From Histomonas meleagridis 2922-C6/04-290x (Eukaryota > Protista > Parabasalia), in assembly GCA_020184695.1 (NCBI GenBank), contig JAANOX010000055.1:186001-250000 (forward strand): a stretch of DNA of 64,000 nt, in the 5' to 3' direction. Of this stretch, positions 10,840 to 23,121 are shown piece by piece. The position numbers and the translations under genes are program-made. Numbering within the stretch: position 1 is the stretch's first letter; each line of letters begins with the position of its first letter. The notes beneath the pieces were generated by a model, which was given only the letters and a program-made list of their open reading frames with translations, was not told the DNA's origin and did not search any database.

Positions 10840-11627
10840 ACATTTCAAAATATCTTTTAAAAGTATTTTCATATATAAATTAATTTGGTTCTTTTTTAAT
10901 AAACTAATTTTCAAGTTATGGATGTCGAAAATTTACATCATAAATTAAGCAAAAAGGCAAATTAAATGTAAACGTAAGCAAATTACGTAATAATAGCCAT
11001 CAAGAGGTAATAAAGGCAATAAATTTTTTTAGGATCTTGATGGATGCATTGATCTTTCTGTTGCAAGCTCAACGCAGATGTTAGAGTCGAATTCAGCAAA
11101 ATTATCTTCATGTAAACAATGCTTATGATTTTTTGTCCAAACGCCATTTTTATCTTTTGCTAAACATATATTTATAATTTGAATAAAAAAATAAGATGAC
11201 ATTAACTCTATAGAGTACTCAAAAGTGAGAAAGGATTTTCCTCGTACCTAGAAGTTAAAAAAATATAGGAATTGCTAAAAACAAATTAAACCATTTAATG
11301 GAATCCTTAGATCCTATCCTAAAAAAAATTATTAGGTATATAATTTTCCTTTATATTGACATTTTCACACAATGGCTTCAATTTAGTATAAAAACAATGT
11401 TATTAATATATAAAACAATTAATTTTTTTTTAAATATTATTAAAATACCATACAAATTTGACTGTGAATATCTTAATCTAAAACTTCAAATTTTCCAATT
11501 TATATCATGATTTTTGTAAAAAACATTCTCACAAATTAATACACAGTAATTAGGAAATGGAAATATTTTAAAATTACAAAAAGCACCAAAAAGTAACGCC
11601 ATGTTTACTACCTCTCTCTATCTTTAT

Positions 11628-12779
11628 TTATAGCCATCTTCCCAAATTCTCTTTCTTTAATACGAATTTATTGTTTTCAACTCTAGAGAAAATTAATTGA
11701 TTATTTAATTTGCATCTGTTTATATTCGAAACGAACGAAATTCCTCCGTCCCACTTATAGCATTTAGAGTTTATGTACAATCCCATAAAGTAATCTGGAT
11801 AATACATAAACAAAGCATTAAAAACATTTTCTTCTCTGACAACGTTTTTACCTTGTGAAAGGTATAAGTCGTGAACTTTAAAGAACATTTCTTTTGTTAT
11901 TTTAATTGATTCTCTTCGACCACCAAAAAATCCGCCAATTACAACGTTAGCAAAATTCGGATCAAGTTCTTTTAGTGGCTCATAATCTTTGCCGGAAAGA
12001 TATTGTACCTCATTAAGCTCAATTAAAAATTGTGGATGTGTTTTGAATATTTTCTCAACGCGCTTTTGATATGGTATTTGAAGGCCTGTGAAATTCGTCT
12101 TTTTATTTATCCCGACATCAATCCAAAATATGTATTTATAATCAGACGGAAAATTACTTACGTCTTCAAGTAAACATATTTTGGAATTCCAGATGGCGCC
12201 AAGGTTTTCACTTATAATAATTTTTTTTGAATTGTATTTTTGTGCAATTTCAACATATTGCTTTTTGTATTTTTGTATATTGCAAATGTCATAAGGTGAT
12301 TTATACGTAAGGTTAATGTAAAGAGATCGTATGCTTGTGTTTAGTTGAAGTATTTCTAATCCTAATTCATTAGTATAAAGATAAAAATCAGCTTCTTCTG
12401 ATATCACTTTTAGAAGTTTGATGAAGCGTTCAATATAATATTCTATTGAATGCCTTTGAAGTTTTGATTCAGGAAAATAATAAAAAGATGAAACATAAGC
12501 AATGTTTTTCTTTTTACCTTTGTTCTCTCCAATTTTGCTTATATTAAAAAAACTGTTTTTATTGGTGTACAAGAATGACAAAATATTATCCCTGCTAAAA
12601 TCAATTGAAAAAAATTGATACATAAAATAAAACATAATCAAAAAAAGAAGGGATGGGTTAGAAAATTTGATCATTTCCTGGTGAAGCCTTTTAGGATGTT
12701 TCAATTTCGTTTGTGGATACGTTGCTTTGTGTGTTGTTTCTGTTAAGTTAAGTATATTATTCAAAAAATTTGTGACCAC
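11628..12779 (-). CDS. HtrL/YibB-like (glycosyltransferase-like) type II membrane protein
   Basis: N-terminal TM (LLFLIMFYFMYQFF); motifs WNSKICLL, YIFWIDVG, VIGGFFGG, EENVFN resemble the HtrL_YibB/WlaTC family. The true start is probably the internal MIKFSNP. Confidence 0.6.
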   Translation of the reverse strand: MVTNFLNNILNLTETTHKATYPQTKLKHPKRLHQEMIKFSNPSLLFLIMFYFMYQFFSIDFSRDNILSFLYTNKNSFFNISKIGENKGKKKNIAYVSSFYYFPESKLQRHSIEYYIERFIKLLKVISEEADFYLYTNELGLEILQLNTSIRSLYINLTYKSPYDICNIQKYKKQYVEIAQKYNSKKIIISENLGAIWNSKICLLEDVSNFPSDYKYIFWIDVGINKKTNFTGLQIPYQKRVEKIFKTHPQFLIELNEVQYLSGKDYEPLKELDPNFANVVIGGFFGGRRESIKITKEMFFKVHDLYLSQGKNVVREENVFNALFMYYPDYFMGLYINSKCYKWDGGISFVSNINRCKLNNQLIFSRVENNKFVLKKENLGRWL

Positions 12780-12879
12780 ACTGAAAATGACTTAAACGTT
12801 CAAAAAAAGATATTTTCTGAAAAAATTTTTTTTCCAATTCAATAAGATGTAAAAAAATTTTTGTTTACTATCTCTACAT

Positions 12880-13774
12880 GCAAAATTATTTATAATCAAT
12901 GAATTGAATCATTTCTTTTTAATGTAAATGGGTCATCTATATCACTGATCGAATTTTTAAGTTACATCTATAGATTTAACCTTTATCAAATAACAGCTTC
13001 CTTCTACGTGTAATCCCATAAAGTCATTTGGGTAATGCATAAACAACACGTTAAATATGTTTTCTTCCCATAATGTTTTACCTTACGAAAGATATAAGTA
13101 GTGAAGCGAAATAAATTTCTTTTACCTTCTTAATTACTTCTAACTTACCACCAAAAAAAATCACAAAGTAATATGTTAACAGAAGCAGGAAAAGAAGAAT
13201 TGTGAGTGGATGACCAAAATTTTCATGTCATATCTTGCAGAACGATATTGCCTCGAAATCGTTCTACTTTCGAAAGTATTTTTTAGTTGTTTTTACGTAT
13301 TTTTGTATTTTTGTAAGTTACGTATGTCAATTGGTGATTAATAAATAAGATTTATATACAGATTTCGTACATAAATTTTTAATTAATGCAACTCTAATCC
13401 GATTGAATTATTGTGCAGTAAAAATCGGAATCTTCGGATTTAAGCGGAAGAAGCTTCGCAAATCGTTCTACATAATATTGTGCTCGATGTCTTTGAATCT
13501 TTCTGATTGTTAATAATAAAAAACAGAAACATAAGCAATTTCTTTTTTCCTTTGCCATTTCTCTTCGATTTTTCTTAGTTCAATAAGGTTCGTTTTGTTA
13601 TTATTTGCAGATTGTATCAGATTTTGAAAGTTTAATTCAGTGATGAAATAAAAGGAATGGATAAGAAAAATGTTTTGATAATATCGATGAAGGAATGCAA
13701 ATTTTTATAAGCAAACTTTTGTTCTCGTACTTTTAAACAGTTTTTTTAAACACTTGTTTCTTTAAATAACCCCA
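12880..13774 (-). pseudogene. Decayed tandem paralogue of the HtrL-like gene
   Basis: Nucleotide blocks shared with 11628..12779 (aaacataagcaat.ttt, gttttacctt..gaaag.tataagt, cataaagt.at.tgg.taat.cataaacaa) with many stops and indels. Confidence 0.75.
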
Positions 13775-14023
13775 TGAATTACCTAAATCTTTCACCAGAT
13801 TGATCTATTTTTTTTAATAAAGAATTAAATTAATTTGTTTATAATACAGTAAAAGTTATGCCTTATTTTCATAATTAAATTATACCAAATTTATGATATT
13901 TAATATTTACTCTCTCCATATAAAATTAATTAAACCTCATTTATATTTCTAATATTTATTATTATATAAGAGACATTTTAATTTCGCTTTCTTCAGTTCG
14001 TTGTTCTTTTTGATCATTTCTTC

Positions 14024-15340
14024 TTAAGAAAATATTCTTTTCAATTTTGCGCACTTTTCTTTTCTTTTAATCGTTTTTTCTGCTTTATGGTGCAGTATAA
14101 TTTCATCGAATTCGATTCCACCGAAACAATTTTGCACCACATTTGTTCTCAGGTTATACGGCGCTGATAGCCAAACAGCATCGAACGCCTCTTGAAGCAT
14201 TTTCACAAGGCTTTTTTCATCGAAGTTAAAATTTGGATTTTCAGTTTCTATTTTTGTGTATTTCTTAATTTCATCGATTGTCTTTTGTTTCACGTCATCT
14301 ATATTCTTTTCCTTTTCGAATTCTTTCTTTGCACCTTCGATAAGTGTTCTAAATATCAATGAAATCCTCTTTGAAACGGTATAAATATTATCGAACCAAT
14401 CCTTAATAAATGCTCGAGCAATACCTAATGCTCCAGAGCAGACGATTATTGTTGCAATTGATATTGTGACTTCGATATACAGCTGTATTCAATGTACAAC
14501 TTTCAGGAATATCATTGCTGAATAGCATTAAAATTAGTCGAATCATACAATCGATTTAACGTTACGTTACCTCGACATGTTTTATGTACATTCGATAAAA
14601 ATTTGATTTTAAGACTATCGAATGCTTTGTCACCGATTTAGATTATTTCGTTTTTAGAAGTTTCCGTATCAAATCGAATTTCATCGAAACCTCCGCATAG
14701 CAAAAACGCATTTCTTCCAATATATGAAATGTTCTTTGGGAGTTCAAGATCTTGTGTGAAACCAGTGCAATAAGCGAAAGAAGAATCACCAATATAAGTT
14801 TGGTAATATTAATTTGTTTTTAAATCCATTGCAACTAAAGAATGCAAATGAACCTATGTATGTAACAGTATCAGGAAGACTAAGAATACCTTTTAAAGAA
14901 GAACATGAGAAAAATGCATTGTTCCCAATTTCTTTAAGATTTTTGGATTGGATTTCAAGTTGTCCATTAAAGCCAGTACATTCAGAGAATGCATAAGCGC
15001 CAATGTATTCAACACTTGAGCCGACCACTAAAGAACCAGTGAAGGACATAAAGCAAACGCATGTTCATTTATAGTTATTACTTTATCAGGAATAACTAAA
15101 GGTCCAGCAAATCCACAATTAGAAAATGCATATGCGCCAATTTCGATAAGAGAATTAGGCAAAACAAATGAACCACTTAATGAACTACAACCAAGAAATA
15201 CATATGATGAAATTATGGTCAGTTTGGTACTATTAGTAAAATCTAAAATTCCATTTAAACCTGTACAACCTGCAAATGCATTCGGTCAGATAGATACAAG
15301 TCCTGATGGAAGAAATACAAAAAACAACATCAATCACCAA
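14024..15340 (-). pseudogene. BspA-like (TpLRR) surface protein remnant with TM and cytoplasmic tail
   Basis: Repeats IGAYAFSECTGFNGQL, IGNNAFFSCSSLKGILSLPDTVTYIGSFAF, IG..AF; TM-like VTISIATIIVCSGALGIA precedes ORF 14024..14359. Several stops and frameshifts. Confidence 0.8.
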
Positions 15341-15492
15341 CTTTTTGAATGAAGCTGATATTTAAGCGCATAGAATTTTCAATACAAACGATCAAATTTC
15401 CCAAAAAAAGTGTTTGAACGTGTTGCAACACAAATATTTCAGAAAAATTCACTTACTTTGTTCAAATAAAACATAATCAAATTGTTGAACTT

Positions 15493-16461
15493 TTAGAATC
15501 CTTTGATGAGGTAGTACAAGAGAGCCATTTCAGCCCACATCCTGTTTTCTGCTTCATCGAAGATGACGCTTTGTGGACCATCAATAACTTCTGCGGTGAC
15601 TTCATCACCACGAACAGCTGGAAGGCAGTGAAGGAATAAGCAATCCTTTTCAGCCTTTGCCATTAATTCAGCGTTAACTTGATATGGTTTGAAGACCTTA
15701 CGACGTGTTTCTAATTGTTCTTTTGGAATGTGGTATGAAAGAATTGTATCAGTGTAAACAACATTAGCGCCCTTGATAGCTTCATCAATGTTGTGTGTGC
15801 AAAGAAGTTTACCACCAGTCTTTGCATTAAGTTGGTTGCATTCGTCAATGACTTCTTGTTCAATAGCATATTCTTCACCTTCTGGTCCACAAACATGGCA
15901 TTCAAGGCCTAATAAAGCGCATGTTCTCATAAGATCATATGTAACATTGTTTGCAACATCACCGAAATAGGCAAGAACTGTTCCCTTCAATGATCCACGC
16001 TTTTCAAGGATTGTTTGGAAGTCAGCAACCATTTGTGTTGGGTGAGCAAAGTCATCAAGACCATTGATAACTGGAATCTTTGAATTAGCAGCTAATTCAC
16101 GAACATCAGCACGTTTGTTCAAACGAGCCATGACAACATCGACCATACGTTCAAGAACGTGTGCTGTATCAGCAATTGTTTCTTTCTTGCCAAGTGGTGA
16201 ATCAGCAACGCTATACATGATAGCATGACCACCCATCTTTGTCATACCTGTTTCGAAAGAAACACGGGTACGAAGGGATGGTTTTTCGAAGAGCATTAAT
16301 AAAGTCTTTTGTTCAAGTGCATGGGAATAATTTTCTGGATGGGCCTTCATTTCGATGGCGAGTTTAAGGATCTTTTCAACTTCTTCAGCTGTTAAAGATG
16401 TGATTTTGAGGACATGGCGGCAAGGCACAGACATGTTATAAAAGTGAAGTGAACTGGTCAT
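15493..16461 (-). CDS. OTC: Ornithine carbamoyltransferase, probably the catabolic enzyme of the arginine dihydrolase pathway
   Basis: FEKPSLRTRVSF, HPTQ, GDVANNV, FLHCLPAVRGDEV and DEAENR motifs. The likely start is the internal MSVPCRH. Confidence 0.96.
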   Translation of the reverse strand: MTSSLHFYNMSVPCRHVLKITSLTAEEVEKILKLAIEMKAHPENYSHALEQKTLLMLFEKPSLRTRVSFETGMTKMGGHAIMYSVADSPLGKKETIADTAHVLERMVDVVMARLNKRADVRELAANSKIPVINGLDDFAHPTQMVADFQTILEKRGSLKGTVLAYFGDVANNVTYDLMRTCALLGLECHVCGPEGEEYAIEQEVIDECNQLNAKTGGKLLCTHNIDEAIKGANVVYTDTILSYHIPKEQLETRRKVFKPYQVNAELMAKAEKDCLFLHCLPAVRGDEVTAEVIDGPQSVIFDEAENRMWAEMALLYYLIKGF

Positions 16462-16879
16462 CGTTTTATTTCAATTTTCAAATATTTGACCAATTAGAGA
16501 CATTGTTTTGAAATATGAATATCGTTGAATAAAATTCTTTAAACTTTATATAAATTGTAAAATTTTTACTATGTAAAAATTTTGATAAAATTAGAGTGTT
16601 ATTAATTTGTAATGTTTATTAATATCTGGAAAAATATGTTTTTAATCAATTTGTGTGAATTGAATTCACAAAAACGATAAATAATCCACTTACAAATTCT
16701 GAATCACACAAACCATAGTTTTTGTAAGTTTCATCAAGTTTTTCAAGCTTTATATTTAGAAAATAGGCATTCTACAATAATGCAAAGATTAAATTAAAGT
16801 TTGGTTAAAATAATTTATCGCAATTATGTAAATGCAATTTATCATAAAAAATTTGTTAATTAATTATTATTTTTATATG

Positions 16880-17800
16880 GTGTAATTATATCCTATAAAA
16901 GAAGGAATATATAAAACAAAAATAATGGCCAATAAAGTTGAGTTAGGAGAAATCATTTTTAAAAATGTGTTTCATTAAAAAGCAATAAAATAAAAAGAAA
17001 TGTTAAAAATAAATTGGTAAAAAAATTCCTGGATAGTTTCAAACTGGAAAGTGAATAATATGTTATGAAATTCAAAAAGATGATATTTAATCAAGAAACA
17101 TGATAGGCGTAATGAAGGATATTTTTTAAGGAAAGAGTCAATCCAAATGATCATGTGAAAATAAATCTAAACAATGAAATAGGAAAACTTCAAGAATTAC
17201 CAACACAAAATAATTTTGATTACCAAAGTCTTTGATTCTTTAAACATCACTAAAAATGCAAATTTATTAATAAAAATCGTATCGCATTAATTAACGCAGC
17301 ATTTTTTTCTACAGTTAAATGTTTTAAATAATTGTTATTAAATGGATCTAATATAGAAAACACAGGTAGTTATGCAAATACAAGTAGAAATGAAGAAATC
17401 ATTCATTTGTGTAACAAAATTACTCAATTTTTGAAGATTTATACACCTATGAAGCAACATTTAAGTTTCATCGAAATTATTATATCTTAATTAATTATAT
17501 TTTTAAAACAAGTTAGAATAAAATAGTATTTTAGAAGAATTCGGAATTAATTGTATTTTCTATTATATTCATGAAATATTTTTATCTTTACAAAAAGTAG
17601 GAATGAAAAATAATGAAAATATTATTAACGGATGATCATCACATGGACAAAGTATTCATAATGTTGATTTGTAAGATATCAACATTTTTACTCAACTTAA
17701 AAATCATTGTAGCTTAACATCAATAATAACAGCCTAATAGATATTCATAACATTAAAACGAAGGATTTAATCCAAACGAAATTGGAAAACTTCAAAAATA
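16880..17800 (+). pseudogene. Heavily decayed DUF3447-type ankyrin-associated gene
   Basis: Residual translation ELPTQNNFDYQ...IALINAAFFSTVKCFK*LLLNGSNIENTGSYA...EEIIHLCNK matches 26116..27255. Boundaries are approximate. Confidence 0.7.
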
Positions 17801-17901
17801 TCGAATCATCACTTTACTAACAATTTCGATCAAGAACGCATTTATAAATGAAGAAATGTATAAGTCAAAACCCCAATTAAAAGTAATAATGAAAACATAT
17901 T

Positions 17902-19668
17902 TTATTTGGACAGCTTTGAAGCTTCGAGTGCTTTTCTCGCGGCGTTTCTCTTTTGTCTCTTTTCCTTTAGTTTCTGCATCTTCGTGAAGAATATAGGATC
18001 GATAACGTGTCCGAAGCTTGCCCTCATATTTGGCTGTATGAGAGTCTCGTACCCGCTTACTGAGTTGAATTCGGGGCCGATTGGGTATTTCATCTGTGCC
18101 TCGAGTTGCTTTGCGTTTGCATAGAATCTTGGGACATCTGGAACGGAATATTTGGAAACTGCTATATCTTGGCCTTCGTGGATCATTACATGTGGCATTT
18201 TTGCGTCCTTTCTTTCTCGTAAAGCTTCTTCAATTATCTTATTTCGTTTGGATTCAAGAGCTTGTCGCCTTCTTTTCGCTCCTTCTGATTCTACTCCATC
18301 TGGTCCAACCCATGAACCCCATCCTTCGATGAAGAGTGAGTCCATTTCTGGAAGATCTTTCTCTGCTTCTTTTGCTGCTTGCGCTTCTTTCTCTTTTTGG
18401 AATTCCTCAGTTAGGCCAAATGCATCCGCCATGATTTCCCTTTGCTCTTCCTTCTTAGAAAGATTAAGACGGTCTTCCGCAGCTCTGAGCTCGTCTGGGG
18501 TGGGCTGATGGAATGACGTGGCGGTTACAAACCGGCGCTTTGGCCGTTTTTTCTGGAGCCATGGATTTGTTTCCTCTTTCTCTGTTGTTTCCTGCGCTTC
18601 TTGTTTGTCATCCGCTTGTGGGGTAGGCTCAGGAGTTTCAGGCGCTTTTGGTTTATCAGATGATTCTTGTTTTTGTGTATCAACTTTTTCTTGTTGAACA
18701 TTATTTTCGAGGATTGGCTTGATGTTGACAATACCAGTTGAAGGAACTTGCTCAGCTTCACCTGTTGCATTGAATGCTTTTTCTAATTCTTCAAATTCTT
18801 TTTGTTTACGTTCTTCTGCTTCACGCATAAACTTCATGTTGAAAAGCTTACTAAGCTTTTTGTCGGTCTGAACTGGGTTTTCTGGAAGTGGCTTTTCTTC
18901 TTCGTCATCATCAGATTGACCAAATCCTTGGATTTTCTTTGTAAGTTCTTCACCAAGACGAAGCTGTTCTTCATATTGCTTCCTTACATCTTCGCTGGCG
19001 GATTTTAGACCACGTGCAAGAACTCTTCTTACCCATTGAGATGTGTTTTTATGTCGGAGAGTGGCTCTCTCTTTAGCTCTTTCTGCTTCTATCTTTTTGA
19101 GCCTGGCTTGGAATGCTTCTGGATCAACTTCAGCAAGTTCTTCGAGAGATATGTCGGCCATATCTTTTTTATGAAGTCTTTTGAATGTTTTTGATTTGAT
19201 CTTCTTCCACCTTTTGGCCTTCTGTTCGTTGTAAAATTGAAGGCTTCGGAGTTTAGCCAATTGTTCGACTCTCATTCTCATTTCTTCTTCTGATAAATGT
19301 GCCATTGCTTCATCTTCAAGAGTTTGTTGTGATTCACGTGTAAGCTTTTCTTTTTCAAGGATTGCGTCTATTTCGGATCCTAATTCTGTTTTAATAGGAG
19401 TAAAACTATTAAATTGAAGTTTGTCGTCATCATTTTCAAAGCTGATTGTTCTATTACTTTGAACTTCATTTACAACAGGCGCCCAAGCGGAAACATTTTC
19501 TTTTGCAATTTCATAGTTTGCAGATAATGCCGCTCTTTTAGATGCAGCCTCTGAAGTTTCTTGGAGAGGTTTGACTGTTTGTTCGGCCATACGCTTTAAA
19601 TCACCATATTCATTTGTATCATCTAATACTGTAACAAGATCATTAATTGATATTTCTTCGTCACTCAT
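17902..19668 (-). CDS. UTP14: U3 snoRNA-associated protein 14 (SSU processome)
   Basis: KAKRWKKIKSKTFKR, RAKERATLRHKNTSQW, GWGSWVGP and PIGPEFN segments match UTP14. Confidence 0.88.
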   Translation of the reverse strand: MSDEEISINDLVTVLDDTNEYGDLKRMAEQTVKPLQETSEAASKRAALSANYEIAKENVSAWAPVVNEVQSNRTISFENDDDKLQFNSFTPIKTELGSEIDAILEKEKLTRESQQTLEDEAMAHLSEEEMRMRVEQLAKLRSLQFYNEQKAKRWKKIKSKTFKRLHKKDMADISLEELAEVDPEAFQARLKKIEAERAKERATLRHKNTSQWVRRVLARGLKSASEDVRKQYEEQLRLGEELTKKIQGFGQSDDDEEEKPLPENPVQTDKKLSKLFNMKFMREAEERKQKEFEELEKAFNATGEAEQVPSTGIVNIKPILENNVQQEKVDTQKQESSDKPKAPETPEPTPQADDKQEAQETTEKEETNPWLQKKRPKRRFVTATSFHQPTPDELRAAEDRLNLSKKEEQREIMADAFGLTEEFQKEKEAQAAKEAEKDLPEMDSLFIEGWGSWVGPDGVESEGAKRRRQALESKRNKIIEEALRERKDAKMPHVMIHEGQDIAVSKYSVPDVPRFYANAKQLEAQMKYPIGPEFNSVSGYETLIQPNMRASFGHVIDPIFFTKMQKLKEKRQKRNAARKALEASKLSK

Positions 19669-20015
19669 CCTTTTGGTCGACCAGATTTACTCCAAATTCT
19701 TGGTCGAGTATAAAAAAGTGCACATGACATATGACATGAAATTATCTCATCATTTTTTACAATTTTACAACTTCTAGAACATATATGAATAAATTTTTTG
19801 TACGTATAAAAATATTTTTTATAGAGAATAAATTTTTATGTAACAATTGATGTATAAAGTGATTAGTAATGTGAAGATTCATTTAACTTTTTTTTGAATG
19901 CATTTTGATACGAAATTCTCAGAATTATCTATCGTTAAAATATTTTTCTAAGTGATTTTCCAACAAAATAAATTTATTTTATGTTTTTTATTGTTTAATT
20001 ATAAGTTTCTTTTAA

Positions 20016-20867
20016 TTACGAACTTTGTTGTTCGTTTTTAATTACGATATCAGCATTGACACCATCGATATCTTTGATGATTTCTCCAACAGATGGAACT
20101 TCTATGCGTCCGGAGTATGGGTTCTTGATGCTGATGACTGGTGTAGTGATTGTTGCTTCGACATCAGATCGTTCAAAGCATAAGTCAGCATTTAACATTT
20201 TACAGTTGATAACTTTTAAGTTTTTGCAATAACAGAACGGCTGCGTACCAGTGATTGTGCAGTTGATCAATGTAAGATTTTCTGAATACCATGCAAGATA
20301 TTCGCCTTTAACATAACTATCTCTTACAGTGACATTCTTTGTATGCCAAAATGCATCTTTTGTATCAAATTGACAGTTTTCAAATTCAGCATTTTCTGAA
20401 TATTGGAATGAATATTTTCCTTGCATTTTCAAATTTGTAAACTTTAGGTTTTGGCAACGCATCATAAAGTATTCACTTTGTGCAGTGCAATTTTTCATCT
20501 CGATATTTTTGACAAACCATCCAAATTCTGGAGAAATTATATCACAATTATCCATGACAACATCACTGCATTCTCTCAATGCTTTAATTCCATGCATCTC
20601 TGTGTTAGTGATTTCAATATTGTCTGAATACCATATTGCTGCTCTACAAAGTTCAGTCATCTTCGAATCATTGATTTTTAATCCATGAACATGCCAGAAA
20701 GGGTAACGTAAGTTAAAGAATGAGTTTTGAACTTGTACATTACTACTTTCTTTCATTGCACTTTCTCCATCTGCAGGACCATCAAAGGAACAATTCTTGA
20801 CGATGATATCTTTTGATCCATAAAGTGCACGTTCTTCGTCAAACTTTTGATTTTCGAAAGTCTTCAT
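20016..20867 (-). CDS. DUF3737-family beta-helix protein of bacterial type
   Basis: ERALYGS, GESAMKES, LRYPFWH, CRAAIWYS, GKYSFQY, TKDAFWH, GEYLAWYS and GTQPFCYC are the conserved blocks of DUF3737. Confidence 0.85.
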   Translation of the reverse strand: MKTFENQKFDEERALYGSKDIIVKNCSFDGPADGESAMKESSNVQVQNSFFNLRYPFWHVHGLKINDSKMTELCRAAIWYSDNIEITNTEMHGIKALRECSDVVMDNCDIISPEFGWFVKNIEMKNCTAQSEYFMMRCQNLKFTNLKMQGKYSFQYSENAEFENCQFDTKDAFWHTKNVTVRDSYVKGEYLAWYSENLTLINCTITGTQPFCYCKNLKVINCKMLNADLCFERSDVEATITTPVISIKNPYSGRIEVPSVGEIIKDIDGVNADIVIKNEQQSS

Positions 20868-21204
20868 ATCTATCTTGCTTTTAGATTATTGAAGTTAGTT
20901 GTTCCGTTATTGCGAACAGAAATTTCAACGTCATTCGATAAAATTTCGAATACTTTACATATGCACAATTACACAAAATTGAATTTCCTATAAATTTCCA
21001 CAAGGAGCATTGAAAAAATTTTGTCGAAGCAATATCCAAGTAAACTTATGAAAATTGACTACTAGTAAATCAACCAAAATCTTTGGTTGTAAATTTGAAA
21101 CCGTTTTAATTGAATGCGTATTGATCGTCGCATCAAGTTTGATGTGTAAATAAATTTCATTTCATTATTATTAAAAACGATTCATTGTATATTTAATAAT
21201 TACA

Positions 21205-23121
21205 TTAGTGATTATCAATTGACCATTGTTCAGCTGCTTCCATAAGCCTAGCAAGTGAATCCATATTTTCTTCTGGGAATACATATGTTCCATCTTCTTC
21301 TTCTTTGGGTACCATAGCTCTAGCTCTTTCAATAGTCTCATCATTACCGAATTGTTCTTCGAATGCAACTCTAAAATCTCTTAATTTTCTTCTATCTTCT
21401 CTTCTATCTGCTAAAGTTTTTTCAGCTTCATCAAATAATTCTCTAGCTCTATCTAAATCATCAGCCACTTCTGCTTCTAACATAATCCAACCTTTCCATA
21501 ATGACAATTTATTACTAGCCTCAAGACTTCTTTGATATAATTGTCTAACATTATCTAAACTTCCTACATTTGATTCGAATTCTATATAATAAGACCAAAG
21601 CATTTCGACAGCATCAACAGCTCTACTTTCGATAGCGTCTTCGAATATTTTTCTAGCTTCTTCTACATTATGATTATTATTTTCGAACGAAGCGTATTTT
21701 ACCCAAGCTCTAATATCTGATGGTATAGTTGCAATATATTGCTTAAAAAGTTTTCGAACATTTTCCTTTTCTCCCATCATAATTTCGATTTCGATATAAG
21801 CATCAAAGATAGCAGGCCTTGGACAAGTACCAATCGCATGACCCAAAGCAAGACGAGCAGTTTGTATATTCTTTTGTCGAATTTCGAAATAAGCGTAAAG
21901 AATCCACAATCTCGAGAATGTAAATTTCTTATGTGGTACCAAAGAGATAATATTATGATATACATTTCTAGCGTTTTCCGGATTTTTCGCAATTTTCTCT
22001 TCGAAAATTGCAAAGTTAATACATAGAAGTACGTATTTGCTCCATTGTTGTTTCTCCTTTTTAAGTGGCGGAGGGTGTGAAACTGCTGTCTGATAATTCT
22101 CACGTGTAGTTTCAATGTCGGCTAAGTCTTGAAGTAATTGACACAGTTCAAACCATGCATCGTAGTCGAGTGGATTCGCCTTAAGTAATTCCTGATAATG
22201 CGCGCGTTTCTTTTCAATTACGGCGTCTTCGATTTGGTGCTGCCCGCCAAACCGTTTCTCAAATAGCAGATATGCCGGATATAACTCTCGTGCACTTGCT
22301 TCAGGAAGTTTGCTAAGCGCATATTTATACAATGCTCGCGCTCGTTCAATTTCGCCTTGGCCTTCTTCGAACTCCGCAAATTTAATTATTAACTGTTCAT
22401 TGAGATTATCTTCGCCCATCGACTCTAAGCCTCGCTCAAAGACTCGGCGCGCTCTACTGAATTGTCGAAGTTTGATTTCGAAGTCGGCATATCGAAGATA
22501 ACTATCAGAAAAAGGATGTGCAATTAACATACGCTCAAAGACAGCACGAGCATTACGATACTCTTTGACACGTACTTCGAATTGAATAAATGATAAATAC
22601 GCTTGGGATGGTGGCTCCCATGCAATCCACCGTCGGAATATATTTCGGGCGCCTTCAATATTTCCGAGTTCTTCTTCAAGTCGTGCATACTCTAGCCAAA
22701 ATTGGTCATGGCGTGGAAGAATAGTAACGACTCTTTCTAACAAATTTCGAGCATAATTGATTTGCTTATGTCGAAGTTCCATATTAATGTAACACTTCCA
22801 TATGTTTGGCTCTTTGAAGTTAGTGAACTCGATTCCTCGCTCGTAAACGCTTCGAGCTTTATCGAGTTCATTCAAATCTTCTTCCCATCGCGCATAGCGA
22901 ATATATGTATGATAAGAACAAAGGTTACGTCGGACATTGAGTTCCCAATTTTGACGCCTTTTAAACCTTTGATCTTCGATTTCGGCTTGAGTCTGATTCG
23001 GAATCTCTGGTAGACGTGGCCTGTCTTTCATACGCGACACGGACTCGATAAGGAGCTGGTCCGCAGTAATCTGAATTTGTGCTGCTGACTTATTGTGGAT
23101 CCTGATTGGCTCAAGCATCAA
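21205..23121 (-). CDS. CRNKL1: Crooked-neck-like pre-mRNA splicing factor (HAT repeats, Prp19 complex)
   Basis: N-terminal IHNKSAAQIQITADQLL, HAT repeats (YARWEE..ARSVYER), NPLDYDAWF, KKFTFSRLWILYA. Confidence 0.93.
   Translation of the reverse strand: MMLEPIRIHNKSAAQIQITADQLLIESVSRMKDRPRLPEIPNQTQAEIEDQRFKRRQNWELNVRRNLCSYHTYIRYARWEEDLNELDKARSVYERGIEFTNFKEPNIWKCYINMELRHKQINYARNLLERVVTILPRHDQFWLEYARLEEELGNIEGARNIFRRWIAWEPPSQAYLSFIQFEVRVKEYRNARAVFERMLIAHPFSDSYLRYADFEIKLRQFSRARRVFERGLESMGEDNLNEQLIIKFAEFEEGQGEIERARALYKYALSKLPEASARELYPAYLLFEKRFGGQHQIEDAVIEKKRAHYQELLKANPLDYDAWFELCQLLQDLADIETTRENYQTAVSHPPPLKKEKQQWSKYVLLCINFAIFEEKIAKNPENARNVYHNIISLVPHKKFTFSRLWILYAYFEIRQKNIQTARLALGHAIGTCPRPAIFDAYIEIEIMMGEKENVRKLFKQYIATIPSDIRAWVKYASFENNNHNVEEARKIFEDAIESRAVDAVEMLWSYYIEFESNVGSLDNVRQLYQRSLEASNKLSLWKGWIMLEAEVADDLDRARELFDEAEKTLADRREDRRKLRDFRVAFEEQFGNDETIERARAMVPKEEEDGTYVFPEENMDSLARLMEAAEQWSIDNH

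Noticed and set aside
11030-11170. Short minus-strand frame CLAKDKNGVWTKNHKH... resembling a transposase zinc-finger fragment
   Set aside because: Too short and isolated to assign.
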